From assembly GCA_964016885.1 (NCBI GenBank), contig OZ024742.1, positions 350,424,001 to 350,488,000 on the forward strand: a DNA stretch of 64,000 nt, in the 5' to 3' direction. Positions 14,601 to 30,169 of this stretch are shown here, piece after piece; position 1 is the first letter of the stretch; each line of letters starts with the position of its first letter. Origin of the DNA: Eledone cirrhosa (lineage: Eukaryota). The translations under genes were made by a program, and so were the position numbers. The notes beneath the pieces were generated by a model that was not told the DNA's origin, searched no databases, and worked only from the letters and a program-made list of their open reading frames with translations.

Positions 14601-17600
14601 CACAAGTGTAAATAGAGACAGGGACACTAACATCTACCCCTCCACTCATACACCAAATATAGACATTTTCACAAGTGTAGATACTGACAGGGACACTGAC
14701 ATCCACTCCTCCACTCATACACCAAATATAGACATTGTCACAAGTGTAGATAGACAGGGAGAATGACATCCACCCCTCCACTCATACACCAAATATAGAC
14801 ATTGTCACAAGTGTAGATAGAGACAGGGACACTAACATCTACCCCTCCACTCATACACCAAATATAGACATTGTCACAAGTGTAGATACTGCCAGGGACA
14901 CTGACATCCACTCCTCCACTCATACACCAAATATAGACAATGTCACAAGTGTAGATACTGACAGGGACACTGACATTCACCCCTCCACTCATACACCAAA
15001 TATAGACATTGTCACAGGTGTAGATAGAGACAGGGACACTGACATACACTCCTCCACTCATACACCAAATATAGACATTGTCACAAGTGTAGATAGAGAC
15101 AGGGACACTGACATCCACTCCTCCACTCATACACCAAATATAGACATTGTCACAAGTGTAGATAGAGACAGGGACACTGACATCCACTCCTCCACTCATA
15201 CACCAAATATAGACATTGTCACAAGTGTAGATAGAAACAGAGACACTGACATCCACTCCTCCACTCTTACACCAAATATAGACAATGTCACAAGTGTAGA
15301 TAGAGACAGGGACACTGACATCCACCCCTCCACTCATACACCAAATATAGACATTGTCACAAGTGTAGATAGAGACAGGGACACTGACATCCCCTCCTCC
15401 ACTCATACACCAAATATAGACAATGTCACAAGTGTAGATAGAGACAGGTACACTGACATCCACACCTCCACTCATACACCAAATATAGACAATGTCACAA
15501 GTGTAGATAGAGACAGGGACACTTACATCCACCCCTCCACTCATACACCAAATATAGACATTGTCACCAGTGTAGATACAGACAGGGACATTGACATCCA
15601 CCCCTCCACTCATACACCAAATATTCACATTGTCACAAGTGTAGATAGAGACAGGGACACTGACATCCACCCCTCCACTCATACACCAAATATAGACATT
15701 GTCACAAGTTTAGATACAGACAGGGACACTGACAACCACTCATCCACACATACACCAAATATAGACATCGTCACAAGTGTTAATATATACAGGGACACTG
15801 ACATACACCCCTCCACTCATACACCAAATATAGACATTGTCACAAGTGTAGATACTGCCAGGGACACTGACATCCACCCCTCCACTCATACACCAAATAT
15901 AGACAATGTCACAAGTGTAAATAGAGACAGGGACACTGACATCCACCCCTCCACTCATACACCACATATAGACAATGTCACAAGTGTAGATAGAGACAGG
16001 GACACTGACATTCACCCCTCCACTCATACACCAAGTATAGACAATATCACAAGTGTAGATAGTGACAGGGACACTGACATCCACCCCTCCACTCATACAC
16101 CAAATATAGACGTTGTCACAAGTGTAGATAGAGACAGAGACACTGACATCCACCCCTCCACTCATACACCAAATATACACATTGTCACAAGTGTAGATAG
16201 AGACAGGGACACTGACATCCACCCCTCCACTCATACACCAAATATAGACATTGTCACAAGTGTAGATAGAGACAGGGACACTGACATCCACCCCTCCACT
16301 CTTACACCAAATATAGACAATGTCACAAGTGTAGATAGAGACAGGTACACTGACATCCACACCTCCACTCATACACCAAATATAGACAATGTCACAAGTG
16401 TAGATAGAGACAGGGACACTGACATCCACCCCTCCACTCATACACCAAATATAGACATTGTCACCAGTGTAGATACAGACAGGGACACTGACATCCACCC
16501 CTCCACTCATACACCAAATATACACATTGTCACAAGTGTAGATAGAGACAGGGACACTGACATCCACCCCTCCACTCATACACCAAATATAGACATTGTC
16601 ACAAGTTTAGATACAGACAGGGACACTGACAACCACTCATCCACTCATACACCAAATATAGACATCGTCACAAGTGTTAATATATACAGGGACACTGACA
16701 TACACCCCTCCACTCATACACCAAATATAGACATTGTCACAAGTGTAGATACTGCCAGGGACACTGACATCCACTCCTCCACTCATACACCAAATATAGA
16801 CAATGTCACAAGTGTAGATAGTGACAGGGACACTGACATCTACCCCTCCACTCATACACCAAATATAGACATCGTCACAAGTGTAGATACTGACAGGGAC
16901 ACTGACATTCGCCCCTCCACTCATACACCAAATATAGACATCGTCACAAGTGTAGATAGAGACAGGGACACTGACATACACCCCTCCACTCATACACCAA
17001 ATATAGACAATGTCACAAGTGTAGATAGAGACAGGGACACTGACATCCACCCCTCCACTCATACACCAAATATAGACATTGTCACAAGTGTAGATAGAGA
17101 CAGGGACACTAACATCTACCCCTCCACTCATACACCAAATATAGACATTGTCACAAGTGTAAATAGAGACAGGGACACTGACATCAACCCCCTCCACTCA
17201 TACACCAAATATAGACAATGTCACAAGTGTAAATAGAGACAGGGACACTGACATCCACCCCTCCACTCATACACCAAATATAGACATTGTCACAAGTGTA
17301 GATAGAGACAGGGACACTGACATCCACCCCTCCACTCATACACCAAATATAGACATTGTCACAAGTGTAGATAGAGACAGGGACACTGACATCCACCCCT
17401 CCACTCATACACCAAATATAGACATTGTCACAAGTGTAGATAGAAGCAGAGACACTGACATCCACCCCTCCACTCATACACCAAATATAGACATTGTCAC
17501 AAGTGTAGATAGAGACAGGTACACCGACATCCTCCCCTCCACTCATACACCAAATATAGACAATGTCACAAGTGTAGATAGAGACAGGGACACTGACATC

Positions 17601-20600
17601 CACCCCTCCACTCATACACCAAATATAGACATTGTCACAAGTGTAGATAGAGAGAGACACTGACATCCACCCCTCCACTCATACACCAAATATACACATT
17701 GTCACAAGTGTAGATAGAGACAGGGACACTGACATCCACCCCTCCACTCATACACCAAATATAGACATTGTCACAAGTGTAGATAGAGACAGGGACACTG
17801 ACATCCACCCCTCCACTCATACACCAAATATAGACAATGTCACAAGTGTAGATAGAGACAGGTACACTGACATCCACACCTACACTCATACACCAAATAT
17901 AGACAATGTCACAAGTGTAGATAGAGACAGGGACACTGACATCCACCCCTCCACTCATACACCAAATATAGACATTGTCACCAGTGTAGATACAGACAGG
18001 GACACTGACATCCACCCCTCCACTCATACACCAAATATAGACATTGTCACAAGTGTAGATAGAGACACTGACATCCACCCCTCCATTCATACACCAAATA
18101 TAGACATTGTCACAAGTGTAGATAGAGACAGGGACACTGACATCCACCCCTCCACTCACACACCAAATATAGACATTGTCACAAGTGTAGATAGAGACAG
18201 GGACACTGACATCCACCCCTCCACTCATACACCAAATATAGACATTGTCACAAGTGTAGATAGAGACAGGGACACTGACATCCACCCCTCCACTCATACA
18301 CCAAATATAGACATTGTCACAAGTGTAGATAGTGACAGGGACACTGACATCCACCCCTCCACTCATACACCAAATATAGACATTGTCACAAGTGTAGATA
18401 GAGACAGAGACACTGACATCCACCCCTCCACTCATACACCAAATATAGACATTGTCACTAGTGTAGATAGAGACAGGGACACTGACATCACACCTCCACT
18501 CCTCCACCAAATATAGACATTGATACAAGTGTAGATAGTGACAGGGACACTGACATCCACCCCTCCACTCATACACCAAATATAGACATTGTCACAAGTT
18601 TAGATACAGACAGGGACACTGACAACCACTCATCCACTCATACACCAAATATAGACATTGTCACAAGTGTAAATAGAGACAGGGACACTAACATCTACCC
18701 CTCCACTCATACACCAAATATAGACATTTTCACAAGTGTAGATACTGACAGGGACACTGACATCCACTCCTCCACTCATACACCAAATATAGACATTGTC
18801 ACAAGTGTAGATAGACAGGGAGAATGACATCCACCCCTCCACTCATACACCAAATATAGACATTGTCACAAGTGTAGATAGAGACAGGGACACTAACATC
18901 TACCCCTCCACTCATACACCAAATATAGACATTGTCACAAGTGTAGATACTGCCAGGGACACTGACATCCACTCCTCCACTCATACACCAAATATAGACA
19001 ATGTCACAAGTGTAGATACTGACAGGGACACTGACATTCACCCCTCCACTCATACACCAAATATAGACATTGTCACAGGTGTAGATAGAGACAAGGACAC
19101 TGACATACACTCCTCCACTCATACACCAAATATAGACATTGTCACAAGTGTAGATAGAGACAGGGACACTGACATCCACTCCTCCACTCATACACCAAAT
19201 ATAGACATTGTCACAAGTGTAGATAGAGACAGGGACACTGACATCCACTCCTCCACTCATACACCAAATATAGACATTGTCACAAGTGTAGATAGAAACA
19301 GAGACACTGACATCCACTCCTCCACTCTTACACCAAATATAGACAATGTCACAAGTGTAGATAGAGACAGGGACACTGACATCCACCCCTCCACTCATAC
19401 ACCAAATATAGACATTGTCACAAGTGTAGATAGAGACAGGGACACTGACATCCCCTCCTCCACTCATACACCAAATATAGACAATGTCACAAGTGTAGAT
19501 AGAGACAGGGACACTGACATCCACTCCTCCACTCATACACCAAATATAGACATTGTCACAAGTGTAGATATACAGGGACACTGACATCCACTCCTCCACT
19601 CATACACCAAATATAGACAATGTCACAAGTGTAGATAGACTGGGACACTGACAACCACTCCTCCACTCATACACCAAATATAGACATTGTCACAAGTGTA
19701 GATAGAGACAGGGACACTGACATCCACTCCTCCACTCATACACTAAATATAGACATTGATACAAGTGTAGATAGAGACAGGGACACTGACAACCACTCCT
19801 CCACTCATACACCAAATATAGACATTGTCACAAGTGTAGATACTGACAGGGACACTGACATCCACTCCTCCACTCATACACCAAATATAGACATTGTCAC
19901 AAGTGTAGATACTGCCAGGGACACTGACATCCACTCCTCCACTCATACACCAAATATAGACAATGTCACAAGTGTAGATAGTGACAGGGACACTGACATC
20001 CACCCCTCCACTCATACACCAAATATAGACAATGTCACAAGTGTAGATACTGACAGGGACACTGACATTCACCCCTCCACTCATACACCAAATATAGACA
20101 TTGTCACAAGTGTAGATAGAGACAGGGACACTGATATCCACTCCTCCACTCATACACCAAATATAGACATTGTCACAAGTGTAGATAGAGACAGGGACAC
20201 TGACATCCACCCCTCCACTCATACACCAAATATAGACATTGTCACAAGTGTTAATATATACAGGGACACTGACATCCACCCCTTCACTCATACACCAATT
20301 ATAGACATTGTCACAAGTGTAGATAGAGACAGGGACACTGACATACACCCCTCCACTCATACACCAAATATAGACATTGTCACAAGTGTAGATACTGCCA
20401 GGGACACTGACTTACACTCCTCCACTCATACACCAAATATAGACAATGTCACAAGTGTAGATAGTGACAGGGACACTGACATCCACCCCTCCACTCATAC
20501 ACCAAATATAGACATTGTCACAAGTGTAGATACTGACAGGGACACTGACATTCACCCCACCACTCATACACCAAATATAGACATCGTCACAAGTGTAGAT

Positions 20601-22900
20601 AGACACAGGAACACTGACATACACCCCTCCACTCATACACCAAATATAGACAATATCACAAGTGTAGATAGAGACAGGGACACTGACATCCACTCCTCCA
20701 CTCATACACCAAATATAGACAATGTCACGAGTGTAGATAGAGACAGGGAGACTGACATCCACCCCTGCACTCATACACCAAATATAGACATTGTCACAAG
20801 TGTTAATATATACAGGGACACTGACATCCACCCCTCCACTCATACACCAAATATAGACAATGTCACAAGTGTAGATAGAGACAGGGACACTGACATCCAC
20901 CCCTCCACTCATACACCAAATATAGACATTGTCACAAGTGTAGATAGAGACAGAGACACTGACATCCACCCCTCCACTCATACACCAAATATACACATTG
21001 TCACAAGTGTAGATAGAGACAGGGGCACTGACATCCACCCCTCCACTCATACACCAAATATAGACATTGTCACAAGTGTAGATAGAGACAGGGACACTGA
21101 CATCCACCCCTCCACTCATACACCAAATATAGACAATGTCACAAGTGTAGATAGAGACAGGTACACTGACATCCACACCTACACTCATACACCAAATATA
21201 GACAATGTCACAAGTGTAGATAGAGACAGGGACACTGACATCCACCCCTCCACTCATACACCAAATATAGACATTGTCACCAGTGTAGATACAGACAGGG
21301 ACACTGACATCCACCCCTCCACTAATACACCAAATATAGACATTGTCACAAGTGTAGATAGAGACACTGACATCCACCCCTCCATTCATACACCAAATAT
21401 AGACATTGTCACAAGTGTAGATAGAGACAGGGACACTGACATCCACCCCTCCACTCACACACCAAATATAGACATTGTCACAAGTGTAGATAGTGACAGG
21501 GACACTGACATCCACCCCTCCACTCATACACCAAATATAGACATTGTCACAAGTGTAGATAGTGACAGGGACACTGACATCCACCCCTCCACTCATACAC
21601 CAAATATAGACATTGTCACAAGTGTAGATAGAGACAGAGACACTGACATCCACCCCTCCACTCATACACCAAATATAGACATTGTCACTAGTGTAGATAG
21701 AGACAGGGACACTGACATCACACCTCCACTCCTCCACCAAATATAGACATTGATACAAGTGTAGATAGAGACAGGGACACTGACATCCACCTCTCCACTC
21801 ATACACCAAATATAGACATTGTCACAAGTGTAGATAGACAGGGAGAATGACATCCACCCCTCCACTCATACACCAAATATAGACATTGTCACAAGTGTAG
21901 ATAGAGACAGGGACACTAACATCTACCCCTCCACTCATACACCAAATATAGACATTGTCACAAGTGTAGATACTGCCAGGGACACTGACATCCACTCCTC
22001 CACTCATACACCAAATATAGACAATGTCACAAGTGTAGATACTGACAGGGACACTGACATTCACCCCTCCACTCATACACCAAATATAGACATTGTCACA
22101 GGTGTAGATAGAGACAGGGACACTGACATACACTCCTCCACTCATACACCAAATATAGACATTGTCACAAGTGTAGATAGAGACAGGGACACTGACATCC
22201 ACTCCTCCACTCATACACCAAATATAGACATTGTCACAAGTGTAGATAGAGACAGGGACACTGACATCCACTCCTCCACTCATACACCAAATATAGACAT
22301 TGTCACAAGTGTAGATAGAGACAGGGACACTGACATCCACTCCTCCACTCATACACCAAATATAGACATTGTCACAAGTGTAGATAGAGACAGGGACACT
22401 GACATCCACCCCTCCACTCATACACCAAATATAGACATTGTCACAAGTGTAGATAGAGACAGGGACACTGACATCCCCTCTTCCACTCATACACCAAATA
22501 TAGACAATGTCACAAGTGTAGATAGAGACAGGGACACTGACATCCACTCCTCCACTCATACACCAAATATAGACATTGTCACAAGTGTAGATATACAGGG
22601 ACACTGACATCCACTCCTCCACTCATACACCAAATATAGACAATGTCACAAGTGTAGATAGACTGGGACACTGACATCCACACCTCCACTCATACACCAA
22701 ATATAGACATTGTCACAAGTGTAGATAGAGACAGGGACACTGACATCCACTCCTCCACTCATACACTAAATATAGACATTGATACAAGTGTAGATAGAGA
22801 CAGGGACACTGACAACTACTCCTCCACTCATACACCAGATATAGACATTGTCACAAGTTTAGATACAGACAGGGACACTGACAACCACTCCTCCACTCAT
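11700..22900. repeat. HOR domain 2 of the 69-bp satellite (about 4.06-4.13 kb unit plus a shorter third copy)
   Basis: Marker ATCAACCCCC at 13051/17183; 6-bp-deleted monomer at 13931/18061/21360; CTCCACTCCTCCACC at about 14441/18502/21732. Offsets differ mostly by whole monomers. Domain borders are approximate. Confidence 0.85.
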
Positions 22901-23679
22901 ACACCAAATATAGACATTGTCACAAGTGTAGATACTGACAGGGACACTGACATCCACTCCTCCACTCATACACCAAATATAGACATTGTCACAAGTGTAG
23001 ATACTGCCAGGGACACTGACATCCACTCCTCCACTCATACACCAAATATAGACAATGTCACAAGTGTAGATAGTGACAGGGACACTGACATTCACCCCTC
23101 CACTCATACACCAAATATAGACATTGTCACAAGTGTTAATATATACAGGGACACTGACATCCACCCCTCCACTCATACACCAATTATAGACATTGTCACA
23201 AGTGTAGATAGAGACAGGGACACTGACATACACCCCTCCACTCATACACCAAATATAGACATTGTCACAAGTGTAGATACTGCCAGGGACACTGACTTCC
23301 ACTCCTCCACTCATACACCAAATATAGACAATGTCACAAGTGTAGATAGTGACAGGGACACTGACATCCACCCCTCCACTCATACACCAAATATAGACAT
23401 TGTCACAAGTGTAGATACTGACACGGACACTGACATTCACCCCACCACTCATACACCAAATATAGACATCGTCACAAGTGTAGATAGACACAGGAACACT
23501 GACATACACCCCTCCACTCATACACCAAATATAGACAATGTCACAAGTGTAGATAGAGACAGGGACACTGACATCCACTCCTCCACTCATACACCAAATA
23601 TAGACAATGTCACGAGTGTAGATAGAGACAGGGAGACTGACATCCACTCCTCCACTCATACACCAAATATAGACATTGT

Positions 23680-26600
23680 CACAAGTTTAGATACAGACAG
23701 GGACACTGACAACCACTCCTCCACTCATACACCAAATATAGACATTGTCACAAGTGTAGATACTGACAGGGACACTGACATCCACTCCTCCACTCATACA
23801 CCAAATATAGACATTATCACAAGTGTAGATACTGCCAGGGACACTGACATCCACTCCTCCACTCATACACCAAATATAGACAATGTCACAAGTGTAGATA
23901 GTGACAGGGACACTGACATCCACCCCTCCACTCATACACCAAATATAGACAATGTCACAAGTGTAGATACTGACAGGGACACTGACATTCACCCCTCCAC
24001 TCATACACCAAATATAGACATTGTCACAAGTGTAGATAGAGACAGGGACACTGATATCCACTCCTCCACTCATACACCAAATATAGACATTGTCACAAGT
24101 GTAGATAGAGACAGGGACACTGACATCCACCCCTCCACTCATACACCAAATATGACATTGTCACAAGTGTTAATATATACAGGGACACTGACATCCAGCC
24201 CTCCACTCATACACCAATTATAGACATTGTCACAAGTGTAGATAGAGACAGGGACACTGACATACACCCCTCCACTCATACACCAAATATAGACATTGTC
24301 ACAAGTGTAGATACTGCCAGGGACACTGACTTCCACTCCTCCACTCATACACCAAATATAGACAATGTCACAAGTGTAGATAGTGACAGGGACACTGACA
24401 TCCACCCCTCCACTCATACACCAAATATAGACATTGTCACAAGTGTAGATACTGACAGGGACACTGACATTCACCCCTCCACTCATACACCAAATATAGA
24501 CAATGTCACAAGTGTAGATAGTGACAGGGTAACTGACATCCACCCCTCCACTCATACACCAAATATAGACATTGTCACAAGTGTAGATAGAGACAGGGAC
24601 ACTGACATCCACCCCTCCTCTCATACACCAAATATAGACATTGTCACAAGTGTAGATAGAGACAGGGACACTGACATCCACTCCTCCACTTATACACCAA
24701 ATATAGACATTGTCACAAGTGTAGATAGAGACAGGGACACTGACATCCACTCCTCCACTCATACACCAAATATAGACAATGTCACAAGTGCAGATAGAGA
24801 GAGGGACACTGCCATCCACTCCTCCACTCATACACCAAATATAGACATTGTCACAAGTGCAGATAGAGACAGGGACACTGACATTCACCCCTCCACTCAT
24901 ACACCAAATATAGACAATGTCACAAGTGTAGATAGAGACAGGGACACTGACATCCTTCCCTCCACTCATACACCAAATATAGACATTGTCACAAGAGTAA
25001 ATAGAGACAGGGACACTGACATCCACTCCTCCACTCATACACCAAATATAGACATTGTCACAAGTTTAGATACAGACAGGGACACTGACAACCACTCCTC
25101 CACTCATACACCAAATATAGACATTATCACAAGTGTAGATACTGACAGGGTCACTGACATCCACTCCTCCACTCATACACCAAATATAGACATTGTCACA
25201 AGTGTAGATACTGACAGGGACACTGACATCCACTCCTCCACTCATACACCAAATATAGACATTATCACAAGTGTAGATACTGCCAGGGACACTGACATCC
25301 ACTCCTCCACTCATACACCAAATATAGACAATGTCACAAGTGTAGATAGTGACAGGGACACTGACATCCACCCCTCCACTCATACACCAAATATAGACAA
25401 TGTCACAAGTGTAGATACTGACAGGGACACTGACATTCACCCCTCCACTCATACACCAAATATAGACATTTTCACAAGTGTAGATAGAGACAGGGACACT
25501 GATATCCACTCCTCCACTCATACACCAAATATAGACATTGTCACAAGTGTAGATAGAGACAGGGACACTGACATCCACCCCTCCACTCATACACCAAATA
25601 TGACATTGTCACAAGTGTTAATATATACAGGGACACTGACATCCAGCCCTCCACTCATACACCAATTATAGACATTGTCACAAGTGTAGATAGAGACAGG
25701 GACACTGACATACACCCCTCCACTCATACACCAAATATAGACATTGTCACAAGTGTAGATACTGCCAGGGACACTGACTTCCACTCCTCCACTCATACAC
25801 CAAATATAGACAATGTCACAAGTGTAGATAGTGACAGGGACACTGACATCCACCCCTCCACTCATACACCAAATATAGACATTGTCACAAGTGTAGATAC
25901 TGACAGGGACACTGACATTCACCCCTCCACTCATACACCAAATATAGACAATGTCACAAGTGTAGATAGTGACAGGGTAACTGACATCCACCCCTCCACT
26001 CATACACCAAATATAGACATTGTCATAAGTGTAGATAGAGACAGGGACACTGACATCCACCCCTCCTCTCATACACCAAATATAGACATTGTCACAAGTG
26101 TAGATAGAGACAGGGACACTGACATCCACTCCTCCACTTATACACAAAATATAGACATTGTCACAAGTGTAGATAGAGACAGGGACACTGACATCCACTC
26201 CTCCACTCATACACCAAATATAGACAATGTCACAAGTGCAGATAGAGAGAGTGACACTGCCATCCACTCCTCCACTCATACACCAAATATAGACATTGTC
26301 ACAAGTGCAGATAGAGACAGGGACACTGACATTCACCCCTCCACTCATACACCAAATATAGACAATGTCACAAGTGTAGATAGAGACAGGGACACTGACA
26401 TCCTTCCCTCCACTCATACACCAAATATAGACATTGTCACAAGAGTAAATAGAGACAGGGACACTGACATCCACTCCTCCACTCATACACCAAATATAGA
26501 CATTGTCACAAGTTTAGATACAGACAGGGACACTGACAACCACTCCTCCACTCATACACCAAATATAGACATTATCACAAGTGTAGATACTGACAGGGTC

Positions 26601-26700
26601 ACTGACATCCACTCCTCCACTCATACACCAAATATAGACATTGTCACAAGTGTAGATACTGACAGGGACACTGACATCCACTCCTCCACTCATACACCAA
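23680..26700. repeat. HOR domain 3 of the 69-bp satellite (21-mer, 1448 bp)
   Basis: The AAATATGACATTG deletion marker lies at about 24151 and 25599. ORFs 24139..25038 and 25587..26486 are near-identical, offset 1448 = 21x69-1. Confidence 0.88.
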
Positions 26701-29700
26701 ATATAGACATTGTCACAAGTATAGATAGAGACAGGGAGAATGACATCCACCCCTCCACTCATACACCAAATATAGACATTGTCACAAGTGTAGATAGAGA
26801 CAGGGACACTGACATCCACTCCTCCACTCATACACCAAATATAGACAATGTCACAAGTGTAGATAGAGACAGGGACACTAACATCCACTCCTCCACTCAT
26901 ACACCAAATATAGACATTGTCACAAGTGTAGATAGAGACAGGTACACTGACATCCACACCTCCACTCATACACCAAATATAGACAATATCACAAGTGTAG
27001 ATAGTGACAGGGACACTAACATACACTCCTCCACTCATACTCCAAATATAGACATTGTCACAAGTGTAGATACTACCAGGGACACTGACATCCACTCCTC
27101 CACTCATACACCAAATATAGACAATGTCACAAGTGTAGATAGTGACAGGGACACTGACATCCACCCCTCCACTCATACACCAAATATAGACAATGTCACA
27201 AGTGTAGATACTGACAGGGACACTGACATTCACCCCTCCACTCATACACCAAATATAGACATTGTCACAAGTGTAGATAGAGACAGGGACACTGATATCC
27301 ACTCCTCCACTCATACACCAAATATAGACATTGTCACAAGTGTAGATAGAGACAGGGACACTGACATCCACCCCTCCACTCATACACCAATTATAGACAT
27401 TGTCACAAGTGTAGATAGAGACAGGGACACTGACATACACCCCTCCACTCATACACCAAATATAGACATTGTCACAAGTGTAGAGAGAAGCAGAGACACT
27501 GACATCCACCCCTCCACTCATACACCAAATATAGACATTGTCACAAGCGTAGATAGAGACAGGGACACTGACATCCACCCCTCCACTCATACACCAAATA
27601 TAGACATTGTCACAAGTGTAGATACTGCCAGGGACACTGACTTCCACTCCTCCACTCATACACCCAATATAGACAATGTCACAAGTGTAGATAGTGACAG
27701 GGACACTGACATCCACCCCTCCACTCATACACCAAATATAGACATTGTCACAAGTGTAGATAGAGACAGGGACACTGATATCCACTCCTCCACTCATACA
27801 CCAAATATAGACATTGTCACAAGTGTAGATAGAGACAGGGACACTGACATCCACCCCTCCACTCATACACCAATTATAGACATTGTCACAAGTGTAGATA
27901 GAGACAGGGACACTGACATACACCCCTCCACTCATACACCAAATATAGACATTGTCACAAGTGTAGATACTGCCAGGGACACTGACTTCCACTCCTCCAC
28001 TCATACACCAAATATAGACAATGTCACAAGTGTAGATAGTGACAGGGACACTGACATCCACCCCTCCACTCATACACCAAATATAGACATTGTCACAAGT
28101 GTAGATACTGACAGGGACAATGACATCCACTCCTCCACTCATACACCAAATATAGACATTGTCACAAGTGTAGATAGAGACAGGGAGAATGACATCCACC
28201 CCTCCACTCATACACCAAATATAGACATTGTCACAAGTGTAGATAGAGACAGGGACACTGACATCCACTCCTCCACTCATACACTAAATATAGACAATGT
28301 CACAAGTGTAGATAGAGACAGGGACACTAACATCCACTCCTCCACTCATACACCAAATATAGACATTGTCACAAGTGTAGATAGAGACAGGTACACTGAC
28401 ATCCACACCTCCACTCATACACCAAATATAGACAATATCACAAGTGTAGATAGTGACAGGGACACTAACATACACTCCTCCACTCATACTCCAAATATAG
28501 ACATTGTCACAAGTGTAGATACTGCCAGGGACACTGACATCCACTCCTCCACTCATACACCAAATATAGACAATGTCACAAGTGTAGATAGTGACAGGGA
28601 CACTGACATCCACCCCTCCACTCATACACCAAATATAGACAATGTCACAAGTGTAGATACTGACAGGGACACTGACATTCACCCCTCCACTCATACACCA
28701 AATATAGACATTGTCACAAGTGTAGATAGAGACAGGGACACTGATATCCACTCCTCCACTCATACACCAAATATAGACATTGTCACAAGTGTAGATAGAG
28801 ACAGGGACACTGACATCCACCCCTCCACTCATACACCAATTATAGACATTGTCACAAGTGTAGATAGAGACAGGGACACTGACATACACCCCTCCACTCA
28901 TACACCAAATATAGACATTGTCACAAGTGTAGATACTGCCAGGGACACTGACTTCCACTCCTCCACTCATACACCAAATATAGACAATGTCACAAGTGTA
29001 GATAGTGACAGGGACACTGACATCCACCCCTCCACTCATACACCAAATATAGACATTGTCACAAGTGTAGATACTGACAGGGACACTGACATACACCCCT
29101 CCACTCATACACCAAATATAGACATCGTCACAAGTGTAGACAGACACAGGAACACTGACATACACCCCTCCACTCATACACCAAATATAGACAATGTCAC
29201 AAGTGTAGATAGAGACAGGGACACTGACATCCACTCCTCCACTCATACACCAAATATAGACAATGTCACGAGTGTAGATAGAGACAGGGAGACTGACATC
29301 CACCCCTGCACTCATACACCAAATATAGACATTGTCACAAGTGTTAATATATACAGGGACACTGACATCCACCCCTCCACTCATACACCAAATATAGACA
29401 ATGTCACAAGTGTAGATAGAGACAGGGACACTGACACCCACTCCTCCACTCATACACCAAATATAGACAATGTCACGAGTGTAGATAGTGACAGGGTAAC
29501 TGACATCCACCCCTCCACTCATACACCAAATATAGACATTGTCACAAGTGTAGATAGAGACAGGGACACTGACATCCACTCCTCCACTCATACACCAAAT
29601 ATAGACATTGTCACAAGTGTAGATAGAGACAGGGACACTGACATCCACTCCTCCACTCATACACCAAATATAGACATTGTCACAAGTGTAGATAGAGACA

Positions 29701-30169
29701 GGGACACTGACATCCACCCCTCCTCTCATACACCAAATATAGACATTGTCACAAGTGTAGATAGAGACAGGGACACTGACATCCACTCCTCCACTCATAC
29801 ACCAAATATAGACATTGTCACAAGTGTAGATAGAGACAGGGACACTGACATCGACTCCTCCACTCATACACCAAATATAGACATTGTCACAAGTGCAGAT
29901 AGTGAGAGGGACACTGCCATCCACTCCTCCACTCATACACCAAATATAGACATTGTCACAAGTGCAGATAGAGACAGGGACACTGACATTCACCCCTCCA
30001 CTCATACACCAAATATAGACAATGTCACAAGTGTAGATAGAGACAGGGACACTGACATCCTTCCCTCCACTCATACACCAAATATAGACATTGTCACAGG
30101 AGTAAATAGAGACAGGGACACTGACATCCACCCCTCCACTCATACACCAAATATAGACATTGTCACAAG